Shown here: positions 1-12,245 of the stretch, piece after piece | How the letters are laid out: each line of letters opens with the position of its first letter | Numbering within the stretch: position 1 is the stretch's first letter | Assembly (NCBI GenBank): GCA_030704615.1 | Contig: CM060733.1 | Coordinates: 64,852,001-64,916,000, forward strand | Direction: 5' to 3' | DNA: 64,000 nucleotides | Source of the DNA: Takakia lepidozioides | Taxonomy: Eukaryota > Plantae > Bryophyta | Program-made: the position numbers and the translations under genes | Notes under the pieces: generated by a model | The model's database searches: none | What the model was told of the DNA's origin: nothing | What the model saw: only the letters and a program-made list of their open reading frames with translations

Positions 1-1165
1 GCCCACAAATCGTAGGCGCAGTTAATGCCACAGTAAAGGCAGCGTGAAGGCCGTGGTCGCATTGAAGGCAGCCATTACTAGAGCCCGCTTTGTTCGTACG
101 TGCCTTCACTGCTCCCCACCCTTGCGTCTCTTGGACCTACTAGACTTGTTCACTTCACTACTCCCTCTGCCCATGCCCACTTCGGGATTTATTTTTATGT
201 TGGTGTGACTCCCAAGTTGAACTGTCGAGACTGATCTCCAGGGTATCATTTGTGCGAGAGCTTGCTGGACTTCTTTAGTTAGCTGGTTGTTGTAGTTTTT
301 CTCTGTATCAATTACGTTGACACTCTCTCGAGTCTGTTGGTTAGCGTCACGTGTGCCTCGATAGGCCACCACCCCAGAATATTGTGAGTTGGGTGGAAGG
401 AAAGGAAGGGAGAAGTCTAGATATTTGTGACAGAGCTGCGAAGGCAAACCTGCTGGTGGCGAAGGTAACTTTTGTGCGGGCTGGCTCAGAGACTTTTGTT
501 GAAGTGGGTGTAACTAGGAATGTGGCAGTGTTGAGAGCGTGACTTGTTAGACTCCGAGAGGGAGAAAGAGAGAGAGACAGGTGTTTTCAGCGCCAAAGGT
601 GCTGCTTCTCTCTCCCTCCTTTTCTCTGCACGGTTGGAGAGAGGGCGGGAGGCAAAGTTCAATAGTGCTATGCACTTTGCATTGCCTCCCTCTTCTCTCC
701 AGTCCCGAGCTCTCGTTTTGTTTTCGCGTTAATCCTTATTCTCCCCCTCCTCTTCGTTCGGGTCTGGTACTGCATTATTTTCGATTTGATACATTTCTTA
801 CAGAGCTGCAGTGGAACCGCCACTTGTTCTTTCTCTCACCGCAGCTCGTGGGGTGGTTTCGAGTTAGTATACTCGCTTATCTCAACATCTAGATTTTGGA
901 GTGACTGTTTAGATTACAAGTCATCTTGGAAGCCACAGCAACCTGGTTCAAACAGAGCAACCCGATCGAAAGGTCAAATTTCCAGCCTACCGCCATATAG
1001 TCATGTCATGGTAAAGACAGAGGTGACGTATATGTAGCTACAAATCCTTTCTCTTGTGGAAAGGAACTGGTACCCTGTGGAAAAGCACAGATGAGAGCAG
1101 GTTATCGAGGCTCGTAGTGGGGCGTGGTAAAGGCTTGTGATCAGACCTGGGAAAGCTGCGGACGA

Positions 1166-3559
1166 ATGAGGCTGGGGGGTGTAACAGTATCAGCAACTCC
1201 TAACGGTACGCTAGGAAGGGGCTTTGGGGACTTCGGGGGTATGCCCGCTGGGTTGATGGCCCCTCCGCGACCGGTGCCACCGTTGGCAATGTCTCGCCCA
1301 CCCCCGAAGAATGTCTACGGGTCTGCTCCGGGCCTCTCACTGGCCCCTCCAAGTGGGCTCGAGAACCAGCGCGAAGTGAGCCAAACGGCTGAGAGTGAGC
1401 AACAACACAAAAACAAAGAAGAAGAGTATGAAAGCAGGTCAGGCAGTGACAATATGGAGGGAGGCTCCGGTGATGATCAGGATCCTGATCATCCACCGCG
1501 CAAGAAGAGGTATCACAGGCATACGCCACGCCAGATTCAAGAGATGGAAATGCTATTCAAAGAGTGCCCCCACCCTGATGACAAACAGCGACAGCAGCTG
1601 AGCAAGAATCTAGGCCTGGAACCCCGTCAGGTTAAGTTTTGGTTTCAAAACCGGAGAACACAGATGAAGGCCCAGCAAGAGCGAGCTGAGAATTCAATCC
1701 TCCGAGCTGACAACGATAAACTGCGGTCCGAAAATATCACAATGCGGGAGGCAATCAAGAATGCGTCTTGTCCGCACTGTGGGGGGCCCGCGACCATGGG
1801 TGAGATGTCATTTGACGAGCAGCAACTGCGCATCGAGAATGTGCGCTTGAAGGATGAGCTGGATCGCGTTTCTGCTTTGGCCGCAAAGTACCTTGGTCGA
1901 CCTATCCCCCCAATGGCCCCTCATGCTCTTCCAAGCTCATCTCTCGATCTGCAAGTGGGCGGGGGCAGCTTCGGCATGCATGCAGCACCTGCTGGCATGG
2001 ACATTGTGCAGGGTCCGTCGGTTGCTGATGTGGCAACCCGGCCAGGTGGGCTCACGGATGCAGAGAAACCAATGGTTGTGGAGCTGGCTGTCACAGCTAT
2101 GGAAGAGTTGGTACGCATGGCGCAAGCTGAGGATCCTCTCTGGATAGCGAGCCCTGATTCTCCCAAAGAACAGCTCAACTACGATGAATATGTGCGCCAG
2201 TTTCCACGAGGGATCGGTAGCCGGCCTCATGGGCTGAAGACGGAAGCCACGCGGGAAACGGGTTTGGTGATGATGAATGGAGTGAATTTGGTGGAGACAC
2301 TAATGGACGCTGGGCGATGGATGGAAATGTTCCCTTGCCTCGTGTCTCGAGCTCTCACTGTCGATGTCCTCTCCACTGGAGTGACTGGTAATCGCAACGG
2401 AGCTTTGCAGCTTATGTATGCAGAGCTCCAAGTGTTGTCCCCGTTGGTACCCACGCGCGAGATTTATTTCCTTCGTTACTGCAAGCAGCATGCAGAGGGC
2501 GTGTGGGCTGTGGTTGATGTGTCTGTGGATAGCCTACGAGACAATCCTCCACCATCTTTAATGCGTTGCCGAAGGCGTCCGTCAGGCGTTCTGATCCAGG
2601 ACACCCCAAACGGATACTCCAAATTAACTTCAGTTGAACACATGGAGTATGATGACCGTGCTGTCCACGGCATGTATCGAACTCTAGTCAACACAGGCAT
2701 GGCATTTGGTGCCCAACGATGGCTAGCCACTCTTCAGCGACAGTGTGAGCGCCTGGCCAGTTTGCTCGCAAGCAATATTGCCACTAGAGATCTGGGTGGG
2801 ATTCCAAGTGCCAACGGGCGTCGCAGCATGCTGAAATTGGCCCAGCGTATGACTAATAATTTCTGTGCGGGTGTGAGTGCCTCCACTGTTCATACCTGGA
2901 CAACACTCTCTGGCAGTGGTGAAGATGACGTCCGGGTGATGACTCGCAAGAGTGTGGACAACCCGGGTGAGCCTCATGGCATCGTTCTTAGCGCTGCCAC
3001 CTCCATGTGGCTTCCTGTACCTTCTCAACGCGTTTTTGAGTTTCTTAGGGACGAGCGATTGCGGAGCGAGTGGGACATCCTGTCCAATGGTGGGCTAGTG
3101 GCTGAAATGGCACATATTGCTAAAGGGCAAGATCCTGGGAACAGTGTATCACTTTTGCGAGTGAATGCTATGAACGCAAGCCAAAGCAACATGCTCATTC
3201 TCCAAGAAAGCTGCACTGATGTGTCTGGTTCGCTGGTTATCTATGCGCCCGTTGACATTCCAGCCATGAACCTTGTCTTGCAGGGTGGTGACCCTGCCTA
3301 TGTAGCTCTCCTACCATCAGGCTTTGCAATCCTGCCGGATGGTCCTGAGAATCGACGGTCTATGGGAGTTCAGCATGATAGTGAGCAACTGGCAGACTGC
3401 CCACGCACAGGTGGATCTCTGCTGACTGTAGCTTTTCAGATATTGGTGAGCAGCATACCATCAGCCAGGCTTTCTCTCGAATCTGTTGCAACAGTGAACA
3501 ATCTCATTTCCTGTACGGTACAGCGCATCAAGTCTGCTCTACGGTGCGAGGATGCCTAA
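1166..3559 (+). CDS. Class IV HD-ZIP transcription factor (ATML1/PDF2/HDG family; homeodomain, zipper-loop-zipper, START, SAD); intronless
   Basis: Uninterrupted ORF. Homeodomain [17 protein letters not shown]...[16 protein letters not shown], zipper with CPHCGGP loop, START ([14 protein letters not shown]...CRRRPSG) and SAD ([13 protein letters not shown]...[20 protein letters not shown]). The first ATG is at 1166; ATG 1241 (MPAGLM) is an alternative start. Confidence 0.96.
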   Translation: MRLGGVTVSATPNGTLGRGFGDFGGMPAGLMAPPRPVPPLAMSRPPPKNVYGSAPGLSLAPPSGLENQREVSQTAESEQQHKNKEEEYESRSGSDNMEGGSGDDQDPDHPPRKKRYHRHTPRQIQEMEMLFKECPHPDDKQRQQLSKNLGLEPRQVKFWFQNRRTQMKAQQERAENSILRADNDKLRSENITMREAIKNASCPHCGGPATMGEMSFDEQQLRIENVRLKDELDRVSALAAKYLGRPIPPMAPHALPSSSLDLQVGGGSFGMHAAPAGMDIVQGPSVADVATRPGGLTDAEKPMVVELAVTAMEELVRMAQAEDPLWIASPDSPKEQLNYDEYVRQFPRGIGSRPHGLKTEATRETGLVMMNGVNLVETLMDAGRWMEMFPCLVSRALTVDVLSTGVTGNRNGALQLMYAELQVLSPLVPTREIYFLRYCKQHAEGVWAVVDVSVDSLRDNPPPSLMRCRRRPSGVLIQDTPNGYSKLTSVEHMEYDDRAVHGMYRTLVNTGMAFGAQRWLATLQRQCERLASLLASNIATRDLGGIPSANGRRSMLKLAQRMTNNFCAGVSASTVHTWTTLSGSGEDDVRVMTRKSVDNPGEPHGIVLSAATSMWLPVPSQRVFEFLRDERLRSEWDILSNGGLVAEMAHIAKGQDPGNSVSLLRVNAMNASQSNMLILQESCTDVSGSLVIYAPVDIPAMNLVLQGGDPAYVALLPSGFAILPDGPENRRSMGVQHDSEQLADCPRTGGSLLTVAFQILVSSIPSARLSLESVATVNNLISCTVQRIKSALRCEDA

Positions 3560-3845
3560 GGGGGTGCGGGTCGGTGGGACCTTGCCTTTACTGATTGGAA
3601 GTGGCGCTTATCTCTCGGCCAAATCTTCTCAGAAGAGCGAAGGTGAGCTCAGGAGAGGACTTGTGCTGCTGAGAGAGTTGAGGAGCTTTCAAGATTGTTT
3701 GATAGCTCATATTGAGCATGATCTTGAGTGTTCCTCAGGAAGGAGAAGGAGGGTCACATTTTGCCACCAGGATAATTTCATACAGCGGCGTCTAGACCAT
3801 TTAGCATTGGCATTACGATAAACAAGACTGTACAGGGTAGGAGTT

Positions 3846-4023
3846 GAGTCAAGAGCGAACCACCACTGATGGCCCTTGCTGCGTGGTAGAGTGGAATATT
3901 CATGGCGGCATGGATGAGTGCACTCTGGTGTGCGGGTCTCCGTTGTGATGGCTGGTCACTCACACACCAGAATCGTGCATGTGCTTCACCACTCGGCAAG
4001 GGTAGTGGTTCGGGTATTGACTC
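3846..4023 (+). promoter_or_regulatory. Paired HD-ZIP IV 3'-UTR motifs able to form a stem-loop
   Basis: GAGTCAAGAGCGAACCACCAC (3846-3866) is complementary to GGTAGTGGTTCGGGTATTGACTC (4001-4023) apart from a small internal loop. Both resemble the conserved 3'-UTR motifs known from seed-plant HD-ZIP IV genes. Confidence 0.8.
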
Positions 4024-4049
4024 TACTTCTCACCCATCTCTTTCATTCT

Positions 4050-4990
4050 ATACACAGTGTCAAAAGTTCTTTCATGCCTTGAAGGATGACCTTGTAAATT
4101 TTGGTATCCAAGTGGGATTGCAATTCAAGGAATGTCCAAGACTGCTACATAGCTACATACAGTATCAGGTAGTACAAAGCTCACTTGCAATTGAGACTGC
4201 AATAGTATATTGTGGAGTGGTCAGCTGAAACTGCTGTACATCTGGATGATGAGGATGTACAGAGGGTGCGTAATCTCATGTTTAGATTCAGCCCTGAGTT
4301 TGTCCACCACGTCGGATTGATAGCTGAAGGGCTGGGAGCAGTAGAATGTATGGATCTCAACATTGGGAAAGGCCACCAAGTTTTTTCCCCTCTGCATTTA
4401 AGTCTTGGACAAAATGCTGCCCAATAAGTGAAGATGGACATCCTCATCAGGCCGCAGCTGGGTACCCGCCGAGGCAGCACGACGGGTCTTGCCGCCACCC
4501 CCCAAGAGATAGTGGCACTTACGCTTGTTGTAAAAAGCCTGGACCCGTTACACTCCCAGGAGGTCACAGAAGCTGCTCTCAGGGAGCCCTTCGGCAAAGA
4601 TAACATCATTCAAGTCTACTACAGTAAAATCGCCCCAATGGAGAAAACCAAACACTCAGGCATGGCACTCATCACCTGCAAGAATCCCAGCATATACACC
4701 CACCATATGCGTATTGTTGCGAATTCAGTCTCCGCCTCCTCAATGCTAGGGACAATCTTCCAGGAAAGACACATGGCCCTATGACCGTCTCGGCGGCGGG
4801 AGGTGATGAACTTTTGGATTTGCTGCATCGAACTTTGCATTCCAGCCATCACTATTGCTGGCTCTACCTACTTACTGGCCTCATGAGGAAAATAATGTTC
4901 ACTCAAAGTCCTCGAGCCCGGTGTTCCTGATACCTACCTAAGCATATGTAAAACCGCATTGAATGTATCTTGTATACAATGAATGTGCAG
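4050..4990 (+). mobile_element. Degenerate, internally deleted LINE-like fragment (possible ORF1 RRM-like piece)
   Basis: Broken reading frames including LVVKSLDPLHSQEVTEAALREPFGKDNIIQVYY...HSGMALITCKNPSIY (RRM-like pattern), followed by an AT-rich tail. Assignment is by resemblance only. Confidence 0.3.
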
Positions 4991-6375
4991 TTTAAACTTG
5001 ACGGCTCTTCTTGTTTCGCAAATCCAACACGAACACTAACTTCCTTCCATTAAAGCCGTCCATTAGCAGTCAGGATTTGTAAACTTATCAAAATCTACAT
5101 ATTCTATTCACAAATCTATCATTTTTCATGCACCATCCAACTTATTAACAATACCACTCATTTCTGTTTGTATTGTATAGTATTTTCAGTACTTATTCAT
5201 GTTTGTATGATGGTTGGTGGGCGTTCGTTGAAAAAAAGTTACGTTGCACATACACATACAGATCGAGGAAAGCCGAAGCTTCTGTATATAAAATAAAAAG
5301 TGGCCGAAACATTTGTACAAAGTTGTACTATGTGCGATAGAAAAACAGATGGATGCTTAATCTAAACGCTTCGTGCAACAAACGAGTCTTGCTGTGAACG
5401 GGTATCATCTGAAAATTACCTACTACTAGAATCAAAGTTAAGTCAATGTAGCCTCAAACCTTACAAAGAACAAAATTAAATATTCAGTAGAATGATGTTT
5501 AACTTGTGCATATTCAATGATGTATGATTTAACACAAATAGAGCAATGAATCAATGGCTGGAAAATCAACACTTTTTCAATGCTGATGCCAAACTTCATC
5601 TATGAAACACCAGATTCAATATTGACACAACACAAAAATCAATCTAACAATTGACTTGAAATTGAGAATGTGTTGTTACAGCTAAAAATGAATGAACACT
5701 AATTCTACACCAAATCAACGCCGGGCGTGGATGTTATTTTAACCCTATGTTGCTACAATTCAATTAATTGTGCTTGTATCGATTCAATGTCGAGCAAGCC
5801 ATGTATGTATCAACACCACATCAACGCCGACTAAAAATAGTAAAAAAAAAGAAAATATTATAGTAGTGTCTGCTCAGTGGGGCCAAAACTTCGATATAGC
5901 TGCAACCGAGTCTTAGAATCACTTTGGAGACAACCGACGTCTCTTAGGGTCTATGTAGTCGGAGGACGCTGACAGAAGTTGTCTCATGGAAGGCCAAGCA
6001 CCTAGGCCAAGCAACTATTCTCATACTTATTACAATAGTCTTCATCGAATCTTCAAGTTGTCCTATGTTCTGGCTTTGGAGGATTTGTAGGGACATCCCG
6101 GCCCAGCCCATGGCTTCTGAATAAGTTTCGGCTCTCCAACTTGAGTTACCCTAGGTTTTGGAACAATGCTGCCAGCACAGATATCAGTGATAACTTGAGC
6201 TACAATGAACTTTCTTGTGGGTTCCCCAAGGTGCTGATAGAAGCACAAGGGGATTGTACCCCATACACGTCTTCCACACATTTGATCCCCAAGCTTCCAC
6301 ATATTGTGCACTCGTTTCCTAACAGGTCATGGACATGGGCTGTGGATATGGTGGGGAAACAGGGATCCACTAAAA

Positions 6376-6543
6376 AAGGCATTTCTTGTTGCCTTCAGCC
6401 TGACTTTCTTCAGGATCTTTGATGTGCCAGTGTTTTGGCCCATTCTCCTACTGTACTGGATTGTGCTATTTGTGCTCACAATGAAGCGCCAAATCAGACA
6501 CGTGATTAAATTTCGATATATTCCTTTCTCCATCGACAAACAG
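6376..6543 (+). pseudogene. RER1: Isolated RER1 (ER retrieval protein) exon fragment
   Basis: [56 protein letters not shown] matches the Rer1 C-terminal region and ends at a CAG|GTAAG donor. No other RER1 exons are recognisable nearby. Confidence 0.85.
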
Positions 6544-7470
6544 GTAAGGCCCGGTAATTGATGTATTGCTATAATGCCTACACAAAGCCGATGATACTCG
6601 AGTTACAAAATGCTGGTGCTGAATTCAGGGCTCACATGAAGAAAATATACTATGTATTGCAGCACTACTAGTGATGTAGGGTGTATGATATCATACACAG
6701 ATGTGACATGTGGCTGAGCCAGGGACACTGCACTATCTGTGTGCTAGAGATGGACTGTGGAAGAAATGTGCTCATTCACGTTGACCCAATGGGTAGCTTT
6801 GGAGGCCCTTCCTTTGTTTCCCACCTGGTTGAATAGGATGACTCCTGGTTTAGTCATCGGGTTACCTTCCTGGGAAGTTGACAGAAACTCATTAGGTTAC
6901 ACCCTCTGTTGGGAACTTATGAAGTTGGAAGTCATAACAGTCGGCCTCTGCTCTTCAAGAACTTGTTGAAATGTCTCAAAAAACTCTCCAATTGACTCTC
7001 TAAGAACAGGGCTGCATTTAAGGTTGTTCAGTTTCTTTGTTTGCTTATGTGATGTTCTCTGACAAGTCTGTTCTCTCTCCTTTGGGTCTATTGTCAGAGT
7101 TCTCTTGCAAAGAGCTTCTCTTGCCTTGGAGATGGCAAATGCTGGAACTGGAAGCCTTAATGGGGCAACATCAGAGGTTGATGTGATGTGATGCGTGTTC
7201 TCGCTGAGAAGGCTGACCCACTATGTGGTATGTTCCTCCTCTCATATACGTACGGGACAAAAGCCAGGCTTCTTGCAAGCTGCTGCATTGCAAAGCAGGA
7301 TTGATTCTTAACTGTTTTTAAGGTACAAGCTTTTTAACACTTACTCCTCTTTCGTGCAAGAGATCCCCAATGCAACTTGGATTACTGAAAAGATTGACGT
7401 GTTAAGGAGTCAGTAGAGCAGTTGACTGCATGCTCTCTGCTGGATGTTCAGGCTGAGCTACCTAAAGACC

Positions 7471-10400
7471 TGTCAAGTTATTTTACCACTAGTGTGAAGT
7501 TAGCTAGGAAATAGCTAGCTTTTATATATTGACATTTGGGATTGACCCAAGTGTTAATCCAGGGGCCAATACATATTTGGGCACCTGGCGTTGTTATCTT
7601 CACGGCAGATCGCAGTGGGCTCATCTTTCTCGAGTTGAGCCTCACCGCGTCTATGGCGCCATAGTGTGGATTCCCCATGGCGTGGGGTGCACTTGGCTCG
7701 ACTTAATATATAAGTGATGTTTTCATGTGCAAGTGTGTGAGTTTGAGAGAGCTTGTATGCTTGTATCATTCCTTTCCTTATCACTCGAGAAAGATCAGCT
7801 CGAGTCTGTGAGTGCCAGGTTCGAGTTGTTTTGTAGCACTTGTGGTTTCATGAAAAGCGGTTCAGCCTCGAGTGCAGGGATCCGTGCGTGAGCCTATCCA
7901 AAGCGGATAGAGTGCAAAGGCGAACAGGTTGCAGGTTTGCAATGGATAGAGAGGCGGGTAGCCTATGTTGAAGAGCGGCGTTGCATAGCTCAACGTTATG
8001 GCAACCAGGTTTGGGCTTCTAATGTGAAGCGGAGGAGATGCTGGCCACGAGTGGGCGAACTGGTGGTCGTCTTCTTCAGTTGCAGGCCAAGTTAAGGAGC
8101 TGCAGGAATGTGGGCTATGCATGGGAATCTAGCATGTTGCAGGATGGAGATGATATGATCAGCTCCAGGTATTTCTGCCCGAAACTAGTTGTTGCGGGTA
8201 GATGAGGAGCAGCCGAATGGTGGAGCTGCGAGGGGATGCATCGCAGCCCGTTGGGAGCTTCAGCTCTAAGCTCATGAAGAGGTATGAGTGAAGAGAGGGG
8301 GCTGGTCCCTCTTGTGTGCAAATCAGTGCACTTGTGAAGCATGTGCTGAGTTGGAGTTTCAATCTGAAACTCAGCAGTGTAAGGGCTCTTGGAGTGGCAA
8401 GAGCGGGGTTGGAAGGGCAGCAACGAGGCGCCCTAGAGCCAAGGGAGATGCATGAGAAGTGCAGGTGCACCAAGTTTGTAAAGGTGTGTATTTTCAGATT
8501 TGTTTTTGTGAGCTTCATGAAGAAAATGGAGCTTGTTGGGCAGCATATAGTTTGCTTGTTGAGTTGGAGGCACTTCTAGTGGGTCGTGAGAGCTCAGGAG
8601 TGCAGGGCAACGGGGCTGATGACTCCGCAGAATTCATAGCTCGTCGGCAGCAGGTGCTAGAGCAAACCCCAGCTCGGGAAGAGCTCGGGAAGAGCTCGGG
8701 AACGCCCCGGAACGCCCCGGGAACTCATGGGAACTCGTTGGGAGTTCCAGGGAATGCAGGGAATAGTGGTCGTGATGGGCCGTTGGGGCGGTATCATGAG
8801 ATACCACGAGCCCAGGTCGTGATGGTTGACCGTGACCGTTGGAAGTCGTGGTGCGGACACAACGGGTGGGCATGATGACCAGATCGTGGGGATGGCGGGC
8901 CGTGAAGGCTCGTGGGAGTGGTACCATGGGGTATCACTGGGCAGCCCATGGCCAACGAGCGCCTAGGGCGGGCCGTGAGGAGTAGTGGCGGTTAGAGCCA
9001 CGGAAGGCCGCGAACAGTTAGAGTGAAAAATAAAAATAATAAAATAAAAATTACTCCCCTGCAGGTAATCTTTTCTGGTTTTCAGCCCAATTCTTAACTA
9101 TGGGGGAGACCAGCCTGCAGGTAATTCCTTTGGACAGAATGTTGTTGGGGCCTATATGTACCTCTATTTGCTCCATCTTTGAACCTTCAATGAACGACAT
9201 GGTTTCTTGAGGTGGTTCCATTCTGAGGAATGACTGGTGGACAAGAGGAGGCACTGGCGGACCCTATGGAGGCTTGCATGGGGCCTTGGAGGCCAAGTTT
9301 CATGAGCTCGTGGAGGGCGGTTTGAGGAGTGTCTACAGGATGCTCTCATGGTCATGCAAGTGAGAGAAGAGAGGAAAAAAAAGGGTGATGGGATGAGAGC
9401 GTGCTGGGGATAGGCATTGCCTTAGTTTCCCTTCCTCGTAGCTTTCCACCTTCTCTGTAGGCCGAGACCTTTCCGTAGGTGGAGGCAAGAGTCAGTCCGG
9501 GTTTGGGCTAGGTTGCAGGAGCGACACTGTGGAGTTGTTTTTGGTGTGGGGGAGTTGTTGTTTTCATTCTTGTGTTTGGATCCCCTCCACACCTGCATGC
9601 TTGATTGTGCGCCATGCTAGTTTTGTGTGGGCGCTTGATTTTATAGGTGGTTGACTCGGGCTTGATCGCCGATCCAACCCTAGAGCATGTTGTCGATGGT
9701 GAGGCTGGGTTGATGACCAGTCAGACCATCTTTGTTTCTCCTGTGGTGAGGTTGGAGGTGATGACCAGCCAACCATAGGAGTGCCTGCGGTGGATGCAGG
9801 TGCAGGTGCAGGCTATGTTAGGACCTAGTATTCCAAACCATAAGCCGCATCAGGTTCTCTACCCGGATACCTTGTGGAGAGGGGTTTAGAGACATGTTCA
9901 TGACCGGTTGAGTGTCAGTTTGTCAACACGGAGGTGCCATTAGTTGCTAGGGAAAGTGTCGGTGAGCATTAGCGATACTAGCGGGTATACGAGACGAGGT
10001 GTGCGGTTTAGGCCACCTTCACCTCCTGTGTCTTCTACGGAAGGTTCTGATTCGGATTGTGAATCAGGAAGACTCACACCGGCGGTGCAAGTTGTTTCTT
10101 TGCCATTGTTGTGGGACACAATGGAGGAGATGTATGGAGCCACCAAGGGGCCACGAAGGTACTCTGGGGCGGTGGCAACCATCGAGTTGGATGACTTTAT
10201 CCAAGAGTTTGATAGTTGGTGTGACTTACAGCAAATGCGCAATCCACAACTGTTTACACCTTTTATGGCATGGAAGGGGCTGTTTCAGCACCTTGAGGGA
10301 CCGCCCATGGATGATTACCATGAGTTTAGGCGGGGGCACGATGTTAAGATCGAGTAGTGGAGGATGTATTGGTCACCCGACTATGTCTCCATCACTAGAG

Positions 10401-12245
10401 GCACTCGAGGCACAAGGGCAGCAGCCACACCGGCAGCTGCATCAGCAGCAACAACTACAACAACAGCTTCCACGAGCAGTAGTGGAACTAGTGGTACAAC
10501 AACTACGACATCCACCCAAGCTACTGCTGCACCAGCACCAGTGGCGGTGCCTGCCTTCAACCCTGTTGTGGAGTTCTTTGAAGAGTTGAGAAAGAACTAC
10601 CAAGGGGTGAGGATAGAGAAGTTGAGGAACTTGCAAGAGTTCCAACGGAAGCCTACTGAGAGCTTGAGGGAGGCTTTCACTCGCATGAGGCGCTTGATAA
10701 ATGTAACCCAAGGGGTTACGGAGGCTCAGGCAGTCCAGTTCTAGTATGGGATATTGGACAAGGAGCTGAGGAGAAGGGTGCGGGATGCAACTCTCCTACA
10801 AGCGGCCCAACCCACCTTAGCAAATGTGTTTTTGCTGGCAGAGCGGATAGAGCTCAACATGGTGGAGGAACGAGTGGTCATGGTGGGATTTGCTAAGGAG
10901 GCACCACGGGGTAGTGGTGCTCCTAGCCAGCCACTACCTCAACGTGCTCAAGGCAACAAGGGCTCAGGTGAAGCCCAGGGAAGGGCAGAGAGGACCTCAG
11001 ATGCAGGGGTCTCTCCCTTCAGTTGCTAGCCAACAACGGGCGGATGTGGTGTGCTGGACATGTGGAGGAAGGATTGCCCAGAGGGAGGCAATGGTTTGGC
11101 ACCGGCACAGCCTGCATAGTTGTTGTGTGGGCATTGTGGCAAGTACGGGCATGGAGAGGCCCAGTGCTATGGTTTGCACCCTGAGTTGCGCCCAAGCCAG
11201 TTCCAAGGGAACAATGGTGGCCGGGGCGAGGTGGAGCAGCCCAGAGAGGACGAGGTGGCCAGGCACGAGGTGCAGGCCAAGGGCAAGCTCAACATGGCCA
11301 AGGACGCGGAGGTCAGGGTGGTGACCAAGGCATGGCCAACCGGCTTCAACAGCTAGAGCAGAGGCTTGCTGCCATGGCCACAACTCAGGTGGTACCGGCT
11401 CCAAGGCCGGATGGTCCACCTCCTGCTCTTGAGGCAGGAGACATGGGAGGCATGGGATTCATGTGCGGGGCAGCACTACCACTGGTGAGGGGTGCCACTA
11501 CCACTACCACTTCCACGGTGGGTGGGGCACCACTACCACTAGTGTCGGGCAGCACTACCACTAGTGCAAGTGGAGTCGGTTGCGGCAGTGACTCGAGGAG
11601 AAGCACGAGTTCCTGAGCCACAGGGTGCGGAGGTGGAGTTGGATCCATAGCGTGGGGAGGCAAGCCATCAGGCTAGGCTTCCTCAGTCATTCACATTGGC
11701 GGAGACAGTGTCGACGCCGTCCATGGCACCTAGTTCTCGCCCGACTGTTACCGAGGCGGAGGTTACTATGCCATTGGGGAGAGCTACACGGGCAGCACCA
11801 CTACCTAGTGTTGCCAAAGCTACGGCAGCTAGTGTGCTGCTGGGGGCGGCCACAGTTGTGTACCAGGCTCCATTGTTCTTGGCTACCATGATTGCGACGC
11901 CAGGGGTAAGACCAGCTGAGGTGTTCAGGCTGGCAGCTACACTCTGTGAGAGTGGGGAGGTTACTTCATCTTCTGCAGAGATAGTGGGAGGTGTAGTGCC
12001 GGAGGGATCCTCGGATGTGAGGGTCAAGATTGCCACGGCGGCGCCATGGCAAGCTGCAGCTGCCAGGTTGATGGAGCTGTCAGCTAGGCCAGCCATTGAG
12101 CGCACCATGGTGACACCTGGAGTTGTCATGTTAGACAACCAGGATGGCATTTTCTGTTTGAGTGGACCGGCAAGCAAGAGGTACCGGCCACTACGGGTCT
12201 TGTTGGACTCGGGAGCTCAGCCATTGATGCTGGGCAGAGCTATTG
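7471..12245 (+). mobile_element. Ty3/gypsy 5' half (LTR/leader, gag, start of protease); left arm of fold-back
   Basis: Starts TGTCAAG. Degenerate gag from ~9944 (LDDFIQEFDSWCD...FQRKPTESLREAFTRMRRL), zinc knuckle CGHCGKYGHGEAQC and protease VLLDSGA at ~12200, then an abrupt break. Confidence 0.9.

Noticed and set aside
5280-5870. AT-rich segment ending TATAGTAGTG as a CACTA right end
   Set aside because: No matching left end or TSD was identified.
7471-7534. 64-bp TGTCAA...TTGACA segment as a complete mini-LTR
   Set aside because: No convincing PBS follows and TATA/R-like sequence lies further in (~7700). With no 3' LTR in the window the LTR boundary cannot be set.
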